Below, one piece after another: positions 12,501 through 27,149 of a stretch of 64,000 nt of DNA. Location of the stretch: contig CM060734.1 of the NCBI GenBank assembly GCA_030704615.1, positions 17,360,001 through 17,424,000 on the forward strand. Reading direction: 5' to 3'. The position numbers and the translations under genes are program-made. Origin of the DNA: Takakia lepidozioides. Its lineage: Eukaryota > Plantae > Bryophyta. Each line of letters begins with the position of its first letter. Position 1 is the stretch's first letter. The notes beneath the pieces were generated by a model. It worked only from the letters and a program-made list of their open reading frames with translations. It was not told the DNA's origin and made no database searches.

Positions 12501-15500
12501 GGTATGTTCTTCTCCAGCAATAGTATGGTTGATTGATTGGGTATGAGAAGTAAGGCATCCTTGATGATACCTGAAATAAGCACAGAGCATCTAAAGGACT
12601 TTTGAATGCCGATATTATGAGCTAAGCCCTGGTAAGACAGCTTACGGGAGTATGTGTACACCTTATACATAATCCGGTCAATGCACACTACTTTTGTTAG
12701 CTAGTCTCATGTAGCCGACGCCTTATATCAGAATCAGATACCTTATGATCGAGTGACTGCCATGTCCTTTGATCAAGTGCTTCTATACTTCTCTTAGATA
12801 TGGCTTTGCTCCTTGTGGCACCATAAGAAAATACCCAACTCTAATCTGTTGCTAGAAGATGTTTTGTCTATATCACAGGCATGTTACTACAGACCTGAGC
12901 TGCTGCTGTATCTTGACAAGGTTCCTTGAACGAGGTTCCTTCCCTAGCCTGTTCTTCCGTGTGCAAGAACTTATCGAGAAACTGAAAGGTATTTTCTAAA
13001 AACTTGTACCTATCCAGAGCTAAGTATACCACTGAACTCTCTGTTCTTTTCTCGTGATACTATACCGGTCTTGCTATGATACACTTTATGCCAATGTTTC
13101 ATTCATGACCCGAGGAAGAGAGGATGTAGGATTCTACTCCCTTGGATAATATAATCTAAGGATAGAACTACATGGAAGAGGGGAAACCTTATGAGAAGGG
13201 GTCTGGTATGCACTCCCTTACGGGGTGAGTGCATACCACACTCACTCCGTAAGGTTCTGCCATGCCAGGGGATTGGCCGGTGGGTCCCTCTCTCTCCCTC
13301 TCTCCCTCTCCCTCTATAACTCTTTGGATTTCATCTGGCCTTAACCTTTTTGAGGCCGGTTATTTGGTTTTTCATCCCAATCTTTTTTCATCCAAATTTG
13401 GCTGATATTATTGTAGGATGATGAAACTTAATGTACAGAAAGCTTGGTTTACCATTTGTTTCTTTCATCTAAACTGGATGAACTACATGAATAATGGTGA
13501 CCTATTTTAATCCAAGAGATAGTAATTTTACCATCATTTATTATAAATGATGGCAGGCAGTTATAAAACTTGAGCCTATACCCTAACCCTAAAAGATACC
13601 TTTTTATTGGATGTCATCCATTGACAAAGTGCATCTCGTGCTAAAATGCGACTTTTCGTCCACCCTGCATGACAAATCGAGGAGCTGTGCCCTAAGCGGG
13701 CCGACACATTTCACAGCACAGAACTCGTGCTTCAGGGATCCTCGATGATGCGCCGTGTAAATCTGCTCCCCTGCTGCTACATGGTACTCGTGATGGCTGG
13801 CTCTTGGGATGCGCATTGGCGGTTAGGCAGATTCCTCTCTGGCAGGCGACAAAGCGATGATCGCTTTGCTCAGACCCTCATGGTTCTTTTTAATTTGCAG
13901 CGGCGCTTTTACTCCTCGTTGGGAAGTACTCTATCCCTATTTATCTACATATTACATGCGGCTCTCTTTTTGTATGAGCTATTCTCTGTCTGTAAACACT
14001 TCTACTTTGATTGCGTTCTGTTGGAGACGATCCGTTGGACGCCATGGCGCAGGGCATACCACAAAACACTCCCTGCCACTCACCTGATGCATCCTCACTA
14101 ACACACATCTTTATGTGGTGGTTTTTGGGACGGGCACAGGTGAGGGTCTTCACTTGTGTTGATTTCCTGAAGCTTGCAGTTCCTATTCTTGCAAATGTGG
14201 GTGCTGCTGAGCCTCTTGCCGCTTCAAAACTGCCAGCATACGGATGCAGACCTGCTTCAACTTGGCTCCAATGAGGATCTACTTCTGCTCCTTACCTTGT
14301 TTGTGGTTTCTTGCAACCATATCTACATGGCAAGAGGTAGGGCAGACACGAGAACTCATGGAATACAAATCTACCGATTTATCTACTGTTTTTTTCATGT
14401 TTCAATGCGGGTATAATGTAGCGGTCGGTACCTTGGCTGCACTGAAATTCGGCTCTACAATGAAACCTCTTGGCTGGTTATTAAGACGGACTGTTGTGCC
14501 TTACTAGACAACACACATTCTGCAAGACCTTCATTTCACTTTGATTTCATATGATGGACTGCAAACAGGGGTTTTTGAATTACCTTTCTACCCTGGCAGA
14601 GCTGTTCTTAAGACCCTGGAATACCACTCCAGACTTGTATCTGCTTCAAAAGACTCGGCCTTGTTTTCATTTTATGAATCATGCTTGTGTCTTATGTCTC
14701 GTAAAACAGACATTGTGGTTATTTATAGACTACCAAGCATCACATTGTTGGGCTCTTTTTAGACTACAAACTGTTTTCCCCAAGTGATCTCTTGGGACAA
14801 AAAATTGGTAAGCTCTATATGGTCTCTTAATATACTCCCTATATTGTGCTTGCTTTGCGTCTCCGCTGGCCTGCAATAGAAATAGAAATACCGGATCCAG
14901 ATGTACCAGTATGGGTTGGCTGGAATATGCTTAAGACATGTATGTCTTAATGTTTCAATTTCAATTTTAAGTACTATATGCTTGGCTCTGGAGATTTATC
15001 TGCAATCCGGGTTTTTGAAATGAGATTACAATCTACAAGTATGGTGATGAATATCAAACCCACGGTGCTTTCATGATATGAATGACCAGGAATCCCGCCC
15101 TCCCAACCTGTTTTTTCAGATACCCTGAAATGTAACGAGGTATTCAAATGAGATGGTTAAAAAAAAAGGGGTTGTTAGATGGTGCCCTGTAAAGGGCTGC
15201 ATTGTCTTTCAATGACAATGACCTCAGTGGTCTTGTCCATGTCCTGACATGACATGTATATCTTCCCTCTCTTTATCTGATCAGTGTACTTAGTGGTTTT
15301 TGTACACACCATCTACCCTTCTCCTTTCCTGTTTCGCCTTCTCATTTTGATGTACTAACAATATTTTTTGAAGGGCCTTGGCAGATAGGCAACAAACACA
15401 TTCCAAACTGGAATGATGAACTGAAAGCCCTGGGGTATGAATCTCCCTTGGCCAGGTATGTTCTTCTCCAGCAATAGTATGGTTGATTGATTGGGTATGA

Positions 15501-18500
15501 AAAGTAAGGCATCCTTGATGATACCTGAAATAAGCACAGAGCATCTAAAGGACTTTTGAATGCCGATATTATGAGCTAAGCCCTGGTAAGACAGCTTACG
15601 GGAGTATGTGTACACCTTATACATGATCTGGTCAATGCACACTACTTTTGTTAGCTAGTCTCATGTAGCCGATGCCTCATATCAGAATCAGATACCTTAT
15701 GATCGAGTGACTGCCATGTCCTTTGATCAAGTGCTTCTATACTTCTCTTAGATATGGCTTTGCTCCTTGTGGCACCATAAGAAAATACCCAACTCTAATC
15801 TGTTGCTAGAAGATGTTTTGTCTATATCACAGGCATGTTACTACAGACCTGAGCTGCTGCTGTATCTTGACAAGGTTCCTTGAACGAGGTTCCTTCCCTA
15901 GCCTGTTCTTCCGTGTGCAAGAACTTATCGAGAAACTGAAAGGTATTTTCTAAAAACTTGTACCTATCCAGAGCTAAGTATACCACTGAACTCTCTGTTC
16001 TTTTCTCGTGATACTATACCGGTCTTGCTATGATACACTTTATGCCAATGTTTCATTCATGACCCGAGGAAGAGAGGATGTAGGATTCTACTCCCTTGGA
16101 TAATATAATCTAAGGATAGAACTACATGGAAGAGGGGAAACCTTATGAGAAGGGGTCTGGTATGCACTCCCTTACGGGGTGAGTGCATACCACACTCACT
16201 CCGTAAGGTTCTGCCATGCCAGGGGATTGGCCGGTGGGTCCCTCTCTCTCCCTCTCTCCCTCTCCCTCTATAACTCTTTGGATTTCATCTGGCCTTAACC
16301 TTTTTGAGGCCGGTTATTTGGTTTTTCATCCCAATCTTTTTTCATCCAAATTTGGCTGATATTATTGTAGGATGAGCACGAGATGCACTTTGTCAATGGA
16401 TGACATCCAATAAAAATGTATCTTTTAGGGTTAGGGTATAGGCTCAAGTTTTATAACTGCCTGCCATCATTTATAATAAATGATGGTAAAATTACTATCT
16501 CTTGGATTAAAATAGGTCACCATTATTCATGTAGTTCATCCAGTTTAGATGAAAGAAACAAATGGTAAACCAAGCTTTCTGTACATTAAGTTTCATCATC
16601 CTACAATAATATCAGCCAAATTTGGATAAAAAACCAAATAACCGGCCTCAAAAAGGTTAAGGCCAGATGAAATCCAAAGAGTTATAGAGGGAGAGGGAGA
16701 GAGGGAGAGAGAGGGACCCACCAGCCAATCCCCTGGCATGGCAGAACCTTACGGAGTGAGTGTGGTATGCACTCACCCCGTAAGGGAGTGCATACCAGAC
16801 CCCTTCTCATAAGGTTTCCCCTCTTCCATGTAGTTCTATCCTTAGATTATATTATCCAAGGGAGTAGAATCCTACATCCTCTCTTCCTCGGGTCATGACT
16901 GAAACATTGGCATAAAGTGTATCACAGCAAGACCGGTATAGTATCACGAGAAAAGAACAGAGAGTTCAGTGGTATACTTAGCTCTGGATAGGTACAAGTT
17001 TTTAGAAAATACCTTTCAGTTTCTCAATAAGTTCTTGCACAGGGAAGAACAGGCTAGGGAAGGAACCTCGTTCAAGGAACCTTGTCAAGATACAACAGCA
17101 GCTCAGGTCTGTAGTAACATGCCTGTGATATAGACAAAACATCTTCTAGCAACAGATTAGAGTTGGGTATTTTCTTATGGTGCCACAAGGAGCAAAGCCA
17201 TATCTAAGAGAAGTATAGAAGCACTTGATCAAAGGACATGGCAGTCACTCAATCATAAGGTATCTGATTCTGATATAAGGCATCGGCTACATGAGACTAG
17301 CTAACAAAAGTAGTGTGCATTGACCGGATCATGTATAAGGTGTACACATACTCCCGTAAGTTGTCTTACCAGGGCTTAGCTCATAATATCGGCATTCAAA
17401 AGTCCTTTAGATGCTCTGTGCTTATTTCAGGTATCATCAAGGATGCCTTACTTCTCATACCCAATCAATCAACCATACTATTGCTGGAGAAGAACATACC
17501 TGGCCAAGGGAGATTCATACCCCAGGGCTTTCAGTTCATCATTCCAGTTTGGAATGTGTTTGTTGCCTATCTGCCAAGGCCCTTCAAAAAATATTGTTAG
17601 TACATCAAAATGAGAAGGTGAAATAGGAAAGGAGAAGGGTAGATGGTGTGTACAAAAACCACTAAGTACACTGATCAGATAAAGAGAGGGAAGATATACA
17701 TGTCATGTCAGGACATGGACAAGACCACTGAGGTCATTGTCATTGAAAGACAATGCAGCCCTTTACAAGGCACCATCTAACAACCCCTTTTTCTTTAACC
17801 ATCTCGTTTGATTACCTCGTTACATTTCAGGGTATCTGAAAAAACAGGCTGGGAGGGCGGGATTCCTTGTCATTCATATCATGAAAGCACCGTGGGTTTG
17901 ATATTCATCACCATACTTGTAGATTGTAATCTCATTTCAAAAACCCGGATTGCAGATAAATCTCCAGAGCCAAGCATATAGTACTTAAAATTGAAATTGA
18001 AACATTAAGACATACATGTCTCAAGCATATTCCAGCCAACCCATACTGGTACATCTGGATCCGGTATTTCTATTGCAGGCCAGCGGAGACGCAAAGCAAG
18101 CACAATATAGGGAGTATATTAAGAGACCATATGGTTCTTTTTAATTTGCAGCGGCGCTTTTACTCCTCGTTGGGAAGTACTCTATCCCTATTTATCTACA
18201 TATTACATGCGGCTCTCTTTTTGTATGAGCTATTCTCTGTCTGTGAACACTTCTACTTTGATTGCGTTCTGTTGGAGACGATCTGTTGGACGCCATGGCG
18301 CAGGGCATACCACAAAACACTCCCTGCCACTCACCTGATGCATCCTCACTAACACACATCTTTATGTGGTGGTTTTTGGGACGGGCACAGGTGAGGGTCT
18401 TCACTTGTGTTGATTTCCTGAAGCTTGCAGTTCCTATTCTTGCAAATGTGGGTGCTGCTGAGCCTCTTGCCGCTTCAAAACTGCCAGCATACGGATGCAG

Positions 18501-20994
18501 ACCTGCTTCAACTTGGCTCCAATGAGGATCTACTTCTGCTCCTTACCTTGTTTGTGGTTTCTTGCAACCATATCTACATGGCAGGAGGTAGGGCAAACAC
18601 GAGAACTCATGGAATACAAATCTACCGATTTATCTACTGTTTTTTTCATGTTTCAATGCGGGTATAATGTAGCGGTCGGTACCTTGGCTGCACTGAAATT
18701 CGGCTCCACAATGAAACCTCTTTGCTGGTTATTAAGACGGACTGTTGTGCCTTACTAGACAACACACATTCTGCAAGACCTTCATTTCACTTTGATTTCA
18801 TATGATGGACTGCAAACAGGGGTTTTTGAATTACCTTTCTACCCTGGCAGAGCTGTTCTTAAGACCCTGGAATACCACTCCAGACTTGTATCTGCTTCAA
18901 AAGACTCGGCCTTGTTTTCATTTTATGAATCCTGCTTGTGTCTTATGTCTCGTAAAACAGACATTGTGGTTATTTATAGACTACCAAGCATCACATTGTT
19001 GGGCTCTTTTTAGACTACAAACTGTTTTCTAAAGTACCCCAAGTGATCTCTTGGGACAAAAAATTGGTAAGCTCTATATTTTCTCTTAATATACTCCCTA
19101 TATTGTGCTTGCTTTGCGTCTCCGCTGGCCTGCAATAGAAATACCGGATCCAGATGTACCAGTATGGGTTGGCTGGAATATGCTTAAGACATGTATGTCT
19201 TAATGTTTCAATTTCAATTTTAAGTACTATATGCTTGGCTCTGGAGATTTATCTGCAATCCGGGTTTTTGAACTGAGATTACAATCTACAAGTATGGTGA
19301 TGAATATCAAACCCACGGTGCTTTCATGATATGAATGACCAGGAATCCCGCCCTCCCAGCCTGTTTTTTCAGATACCCTGAAATGTAACGAGGTATTCAA
19401 ATGAGATGGTTAAAAAAAAGGGGTTGTTAGATGGTGCCCTGTAAAGGGCTGCATTGTCTTTCAATGACAATGACCTCAGTGGTCTTGTCCATGTCCTGAC
19501 ATGACATGTATATCTTCCCTCTCTTTATCTGATCAGTGTACTTAGTGGTTTTTGTACACACCATCTACCCTTCTCCTTTCCTGTTTCGCCTTCTCATTTT
19601 GATGTACTAACAATATTTTTTGAAGGGCCTTGGCAGATAGGCAACAAACACATTCCAAACTGGAATGATGAACTGAAAGCCCTGGGGTATGAATCTCCCT
19701 TGGCCAGGTATGTTCTTCTCCAGCAATAGTATGGTTGATTGATTGGGTATGAAAAGTAAGGCATCCTTGATGATACCTGAAATAAGCACAGAGCATCTAA
19801 AGGACTTTTGAATGCCGATATTATGAGCTAAGCCCTGGTAAGACAGCTTACGGGAGTATGTGTACACCTTATACATGATCCGGTCAATGCACACTACTTT
19901 TGTTAGCTAGTCTCATGTAGCCGATGCCTCATATCAGAATCAGATACCTTATGATCGAGTGACTGCCATGTCCTTTGATCAAGTGCTTCTATACTTCTCT
20001 TAGATATGGCTTTGCTCCTTGTGGCACCATAAGAAAATACCCAACTCTAATCTGTTGCTAGAAGATGTTTTGTCTATATCACAGGCATGTTACTACAGAC
20101 CTGAGCTGCTGCTGTATCTTGACAAGGTTCCTTGAACGAGGTTCCTTCCCTAGCCTGTTCTTCCGTGTGCAAGAACTTATCGAGAAACTGAAAGGTATTT
20201 TCTAAAAACTTGTACCTATCCAGAGCTAAGTATACCACTGAACTCTCTGTTCTTTTCTCGTGATACTATACCGGTCTTGCTATGATACACTTTATGCCAA
20301 TGTTTCATTCATGACCCGAGGAAGAGAGGATGTAGGATTCTACTCCCTTGGATAATATAATCTAAGGATAGAACTACATGGAAGAGGGGAAACCTTATGA
20401 GAAGGGGTCTGGTATGCACTCCCTTACGGGGTGAGTGCATACCACACTCACTCCGTAAGGTTCTGCCATGCCAGGGGATTGGCCGGTGGGTCCCTCTCTC
20501 TCCCTCTCTCCCTCTCCCTCTATAACTCTTTGGATTTCATCTGGCCTTAACCTTTTTGAGGCCGGTTATTTGGTTTTTCATCCAAATTTGGCTGATATTA
20601 TTGTAGGATGATGAAACTTAATGTACAGAAAGCTTGGTTTACCATTTGTTTCTTTCATCTAAACTGGATGAACTACATGAATAATGGTGACCTATTTTAA
20701 TCCAAGAGATAGTAATTTTACCATCATTTATTATAAATGATGGCAGTTATAAAACTTGAACCTATACCCTAACCCTAAAAGATACATTTTTATTGGATGT
20801 CATCCATTGACAAAGTGCATCTCGTGCTAAAATGCGACTTTTCGTCCACCCTGCATGACAAATCGAGGAGCTGTGCCCTAAGCGGGCCGACACATTTCAC
20901 AGCACAGAACTCGTGCTTCAGGGATCCTTGATGATGCGTCGTGTAAATCTGCTCCCCTGTTGCTACATGGTACTCGTGATGGCTGGCTCTTGGG
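6596..20994. repeat. 14.4 kb nested tandem/inverted (fold-back) array of a ~2.95 kb repeat unit 'U' (modules X ~1.07 kb and Y ~1.88 kb)
   Basis: Identical short ORFs recur on both strands. Five segments alternate orientation: 6596-7655, 7657-11508, 11517-16374, 16376-18130 and 18131-20994. Tandem period is 1882 bp (9261 vs 11143). Confidence 0.95.
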
Positions 20995-21711
20995 AGGAGA
21001 TCAGGGATTCCGAATATTATTGGTGCAATTGATTGCACACAAATACGAATCAAGGCCCCAAACACTGACATCAAGTTCGACTACAAGAACAGAAACAAAT
21101 ACTATTCTATGGTTCTACAAGGAGTAGTGGACGCAGATGCAAAGTTCGTGGACATCTACGTTGGAGAACCTGGAAGCATGAATGATGGTAGGGTGTTACG
21201 GAATTCCCCACTATTCCATCTGGCTTCTCAAGGAACCCTATTACGTGGTGAGAACGTAATTCTTGAGAATGGGCACCCAATTCCGCCACTCCTCATCGGT
21301 GACGCCATTTATCCTGCACTCCCATGGCTCATTCCTAGTTACAAGAGGGCTCCCAATGCTCCAGCCCTCTCTAGAGCCAAATCAGTTTTCAATCATCAAT
21401 TATCGAAGGCAAGAATCTTCTCAGAAATTGCTTTTGGACGAATGAAAGGCACATTCAAAGAGGTGGGTTGGAGGAGTGAGCTTGACCTTGATTTTCTGCC
21501 ACAAGTGGTCCATGCCTGTTGCATCTTGTACAACATCTTGGTCGATTTCAAGGAGATTGATTTCGAGGACATCTACAATGAAATGGATGCTCTTGCAGCC
21601 ATCAGGGAGCGAGACAATGTTGCCCACAGTCAAGAACCAGTCGTGGAAAGAGGCCACATAGTTGGTGCAGCTTTGCAGGAGATATTATGCAACCACGTCA
21701 TTAATACATGA
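20995..21711 (+). mobile_element. PIF/Harbinger transposase (DDE_Tnp_4, HARBI1-like), 5'-truncated
   Basis: GIPNIIGAIDCTQI...YYSMVLQGVVDA...PGSMND...LIGDAIYP...FNHQLSKARIFSEIAFGRMK...ACCILYN. Confidence 0.9.
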
Positions 21712-21837
21712 ATGGAGAAACCGCAAGTCTGCAAGGTTAGCTCCCCAACACCCTGCACAACAATTTCAACATGTTGGTGATCAACAATCTAGCATCATGA
21801 AAAATGTTCAAAAATTGTGGGGTTTGACATCCATGAA

Positions 21838-22911
21838 GCAAGGTTGTGGAATGAACTCCTCGAGGAGATTTTAGTGGAGAGGCTTGCCTGTTCCTGCGGT
21901 GTGTGTGCAAGAAGTGGAGCTCCCTTCCTTGCAACAGGCTAGGCAATGAGAGTGAAAGGCCATATCTGGTGTTCCCATCTGTGGATCCCAAGAAGGCATC
22001 TCTGGCAACTTTTCGTCCTACTTTGTGCAAGTGGTATCACCTTCCTCTGTGTGACCTTAGGCCAAATTTCCCTTCACTACATCTGTGGAAGCCCCGGGTG
22101 ACATATTCCCAATTGCAGCAGATGGAGGGCTTCTGTGCTTCATGACTGGTTTCTCTTCTCCCAACAAAGATGTCCAGTTCATAGTTCTCAACCCCATTGC
22201 CAACACCTGGAAACAGCTTCCCCCTTTCCCTCACAACCGACCTGCAAAACCGCCTTTGGTTTGTGGGATGCATGTGGACAAAAGCTCTAGGACATACAAA
22301 CTTATCTTGGCAGGGCAGATTCTTACCTTTGGAGATGATGAGGCCATGAAGACCCATCTCTATGATTCATCAACACATAGCTGGAAGGTCGGCGGCAATC
22401 TACCTCATGAGGTTTATGGGGTTCAAAAGCAGTGCACTTTCTGGGATGGAAGTTCCACTATGTGCAGTGTTGTGCAAGCCAACTGAGAGCCTACAATGAA
22501 TTGACCAATGAGTGGAGCAACGTTCTGCCAAACATACCTTTTTTCTCAACTACTCCCAGCCTGGTTGCGCAAGACGGGGACATTCTACTGGTGGGTCCCA
22601 TTGGCAAGTCAACAAAGGTTGAGATTATGGAGCTTGATCATCTGAGAACACAGTGGAGAAAGGTGGAGGCGGCACCCCTGAAAGCGGAGGTTGAAGCCTT
22701 CTTCCACAAAATTGTGCCAGCCCCAACGTTGATGTGTGTTGGGCACGGGGACTTAATCTATGTCTCAAAGTCTGGCTCTAATGCAACCATACTCTTTGAC
22801 TTCTCCTGGAGATCCTGGAGCATTCTCCCATGTAGACCCGACGGTGGGAGTACTATCCTAGATGTTAAGGCAGTCTTTACATTCAATCCAACCTTTAGTA
22901 TCCGGGTTTGA
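21838..22911 (+). pseudogene. F-box/kelch-like protein pseudogene (intronless, frameshifted)
   Basis: F-box remnant LWNELLEEILVERL..CKKWSSL, then AADGGLLC, VLNPIANTWKQLPP, LYDSSTHSW and C-terminal FTFNPTF, spread over several frames. Confidence 0.8.
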
Positions 22912-23492
22912 GCACAGTTACAACAGTTCGATCCCATTGTGTATAACAAATTACAGACGATATTGTAGAGGAATATCTTCAGTTAAGGTGATTGCCAATC
23001 CATGGAGCTTACATGCCACATGGTCAACCAAGATCAACAACTCTACCAAAGTTAGTTCTGTCACTCAACCTCGCGCACTGATGCATGTAGTTTATGCAAC
23101 TTGAAACTGTAGAATGAGGGGCATCTGGTGCACTGGTGTAAATGGAGAAATTTATTGGTTAAATAATGGTAGGATGGAAGCCATGGCTGGAATAGCCATT
23201 AGAAAGAATCTCAATGTGCATGTAGAAACCCAAGAGTGGGAAATTTATGAATCCAACAATTGAATCTACTCTACATTCCTAAGGCAATAACACAGATTCC
23301 TTTTCAGGGATTGGCAAGCTGCTCAGGTTGATTACTATGCTGCCAAAACCCTGGACCTGAATGGGGCTGTGAATGTTCCTCACAACCTTATTCAATCTGC
23401 ACTACACTGAAGTCATCATCATGCTCTCTTGACTAAAGGTGTGAATACTTTGGGGCTTGTAAGAGAAAATAATGAGACATTTGCTCAACCTA

Positions 23493-25290
23493 TTAGGCAC
23501 CAGAAGGAGCATTAGCTGTGGATGTATCAGCACTCACTAGGGTGATGGAGTGCTTGGCGTCCCCGATCCTAAGTATGTGCTCGCCAACATCCAATGTGCG
23601 AGTGCCATCCTCCTTCACTGTGCTGAGATGTCCGCAGGAATTGATGTTGAATACAAGCTCACGCTGCATGCCTGCACTCAAGTGCACTAGTTGAAACGCC
23701 AGCAGCTGCTTCAATGGAGCTCCATCAACTCCAGCTGTAGGAGGTGTGGAGAATAAAAGTACAGAGTGTTTACCATCCATAGGGCCCTCATTTTGAACGG
23801 TCACACTGACTCTAAAAGTGTTTTTCTCACAGGTACCTGATGCCAGTCAAAAGATCAAAAAATTCATTGACAAATAAAGGCAGATCTTTCAAGCTCCAAG
23901 AAAACCAATAAAGCAAATATCTTGACAACTTTTCACTTTAACACAGTTATCTATGATTTGAGCACGTCTTATCCAAAGATTGTCTCCATGGCAGTAATCA
24001 AAGCGTATAACATTCATGAAGTACCAAACATCCAAGCCTTCCATCTGGGGTGGATCACCTGTATCTTCTTCAGAACACTCAAGTCCCGCCCTTGTGAAAG
24101 ACTCATGGGGATTACAGAGCTGCTGCTGTAAGGTTGGAGCATCCAGAGTAGATGGTGTTGATGCAAATGAATGTGTGAAAGTGGAGTAGCTTGGGCCATA
24201 CCCAAATTCATATATTGTTTCTCCTGTGTAGAAACGGTAGGTGTGACCTGGGTATCCCGTCGAATAGTCAGGATGCATGCTCATATCCGTCATGTCTAAT
24301 TCTGTGTATTCCTCTGGGTACCATGAGACTGGTACTCTCCCTCCTGCAGCAAGAAGCCAGAAGTCAGGAATTTTACTCCGTGCCTCACGTCAAAGAGAGA
24401 AGCAATAGAAGCAAGATCTCCCTGAATCTCTGGAGACACTGAAGGTTTCCAATTCCCAATGCAGACAAGAAATTTCCAATCATGAGGTCTGGAAGATTAC
24501 CAAGTATGTCAGGCATGAAAGGTACATCATTATGTACGTGTCAAATGCTGGAAAGGCCACTTACTTATATCATTTATGAAACTGGGGCAAAGACCACTAT
24601 TACTGAGCTGTCTTGGAGGCTTGGAAGCGGTGCTTTATGGATCCTTCAGGATGCACAATTTTGTGGCTGCATCTTTTCCCTCTTCATGAAGGTCCCAGAG
24701 AAAGGAACCCCACTGTTCGACAGATCAAATGTTTACCCTCACCCATTGCTTTGGTTCCTTTAAGGTGCAAACAAATTGAGTACCTGCTCACCTTTTCCTT
24801 TTCCCATCACACGACATATTTCACTCTCTATATGTTGCAAGCTGACTTAAGTACCTGGATTATGGTCAGATGATCTCAGCTATGGCCTGGCCTCCAGCCT
24901 AACCAGGGTAACCCACCCACAAAATGCTTTGGATTCGGCTGTCATCTTTTGCAAATGATATATCCATGGGTCCCGCTGACATAATCACAAGCACTACCGG
25001 GCATCCGTTGGCATTGCCTGCAACAGCAGAGATCAGATACTGCTGGCTACCAGGTAAAAGTAAGCTGGTCCTATCTTGCCCTTCTGTTTCTTGCACCTGG
25101 GTCAGCCCCACAACGAGAACAACAACATCCGCTTTTGACGCTGCATCCGTGGCAGAGGCGATGAGATCTTCGTCCTGATCACAAGTGGCATCAGAACACC
25201 CAGGTGCATAGAAAACCCTGTCGTAGTCCCCAACCCCTATTTCTGCAAGTCCCTGAAGCGGAGTGATGTATTTGCAGGTATGCCTGCACA
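23493..25290 (-). pseudogene. GH3 beta-D-xylosidase (BXL-like), 3' half only
   Basis: CKYITPLQGL, ETEGQDRTSLLLPG, ILWVGYPG*, YPGHTYRFYTG..YEFGYG and an Fn3-like VQNEGPMDGKHSVLLF. Introns at ~24345-24854 and 23837-24058. Premature stop; N-terminal half not found. Confidence 0.88.
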
Positions 25291-27149
25291 CAGCCAACCA
25301 TTGTTCAGAATTGTGAGCGCATAGCGATCTTGCTAGCTGTTTGCGAACCTACAGATGCACAACCAAAGTGGAGAGACAAAGAGTTCTGGAATCTCTGACA
25401 TAAAAATATACTATAGATACGAAAGGCAATGTCGCCAGCAACAACAGTGGACACGAAGGCAGCAAAAAGAGGTAGGACTGTGACAGGAGAACTACGAAAA
25501 CAAAACTCCGACCGGCTCGGCAGAGGTGCCAAGACAACACAAATCATAAAAGTGGCGGTTGATAAAGGCTGGGAATATGGCAGGGTCACCCCTGGGAGCT
25601 ACGGAGCTGACCTATATGGAGACAATGAAAGAAAAGGCAGAAAGAGAAATACATTGTCCACGGTAGGCCTACATGCTCCGAGGGACATTGTATAAAACAA
25701 CATAAAGCAAACAAAACCTCGAGCCTATAGCTACATTGACAGACAGAATTAGTGCACATGGAACATATCAATACCTGCATTCAGGGCATCAGCTACAGCA
25801 TCTTCAGGGGTAGGTGTATACCGGATTGATTCATGCATAATCCCAAAGCTTGGTCTATTTCGATTCCCGAATGGGATGGGCAGCCTTGGGGTGGACTAAG
25901 GAGACATTTGAAAGCTGAGCTCAAAGTTGAGGTCTTTGTAATTTCAGTTGCTGTTCAAACTCTAACATAGTCCCAGTCAAGGACTCCAAGGATAAACGTG
26001 GTTCCTACCTTGAGCTAATGCCATCAACTGCTTCCCACTGATCCTACTATCTGGTGATTGCAGCATGATATCCCTTCCAGACCAGGCCTGCCACTATGCT
26101 AGCAAAATCAGAAACATACAGGGCCTGATCTGGGCAAACTCAGGCTCTGGCCATGAACTCCACTGCCCCATTAATGGACCCACCACGCCACTACAAGATA
26201 CAATGTGCAAACACCGCCTCCCACTCAGGCCTGACATCAAGCAATCGTGTACCCATCACAATCTAACATCTCCACCAGCAACCCATATCTCGAGTTTTAC
26301 CCAGATCTGTTTCAAACCCAAAATCAACCCCCCAGATAGCAGCATACATCCACCTGACATGCCGACATGCCCGTACATAACACTTCAACACTCCAGACTT
26401 TGTGAATAATTTGTACCACTCTGACACACCATTGCCAATTACTGCTATGATCGAAGGCAAAAAATTACTCTTGCACTGTATGGCGCTACAACCATCTCAT
26501 ATGCTACTGAGGAGCTTGCAATCAATTATCATGCTGCTATATCCAAATCCTGCAGCAATCAGAATTCAAAAAAATGTTGTTTTACAGAACAACTATACAC
26601 TGGGACAAGCATACCAAGAAACAAAATTGTCATCACATTAACAAGCTGTCCTCAGGCACGTCAATATGTGAAGCAGTTGCCTTCACAGCGAGAAACCACA
26701 CCTGAATGTCGAATGCATATGCTGTACCCATCCTTGAAACTACTAACTACTGCTCTGCTCAAAAGCCATATCCACTACTACACAATACACTAGAATTGTC
26801 ATGGCTGCCACTAAAGGCCACACACTTGCACCACCACTACAAAAGCAACCTACTTTACTTTGCTCAATAGGTGCCTTGTGGTAAGAGATGCTGTGTGGAA
26901 TTCCCTGCAGGACTTAACTGCAATCAAAGGAGAACTACCAAAACCTCTAATCAGCAGCTAAAATGTTTCTTGAGAGAAACTGACTTGGAGCTCATTCAAG
27001 CTGAGCTGAAGGAGAAACTAGGAGAAACTAGGGAAACTTGTAATGATCATGGCTATGCCCTTAAGCTGCACCATCCTTCTTCTCTACCATTTTCCCAAAG
27101 TGCTCGACCAGTTTTCCAAAATGGGAAACCATGGCGCTTTGATTGCTAG

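Noticed and set aside
6596-20994. Many short repeated ORFs as a gene family
   Set aside because: They recur only because the DNA is duplicated. They overlap on both strands and have no recognisable motifs.
23837-24058. Introner-like insertion with a CAGGT direct repeat in the xylosidase gene
   Set aside because: CAG|GT at both ends is ordinary splice consensus. There are no TIRs and no second copy in the window.
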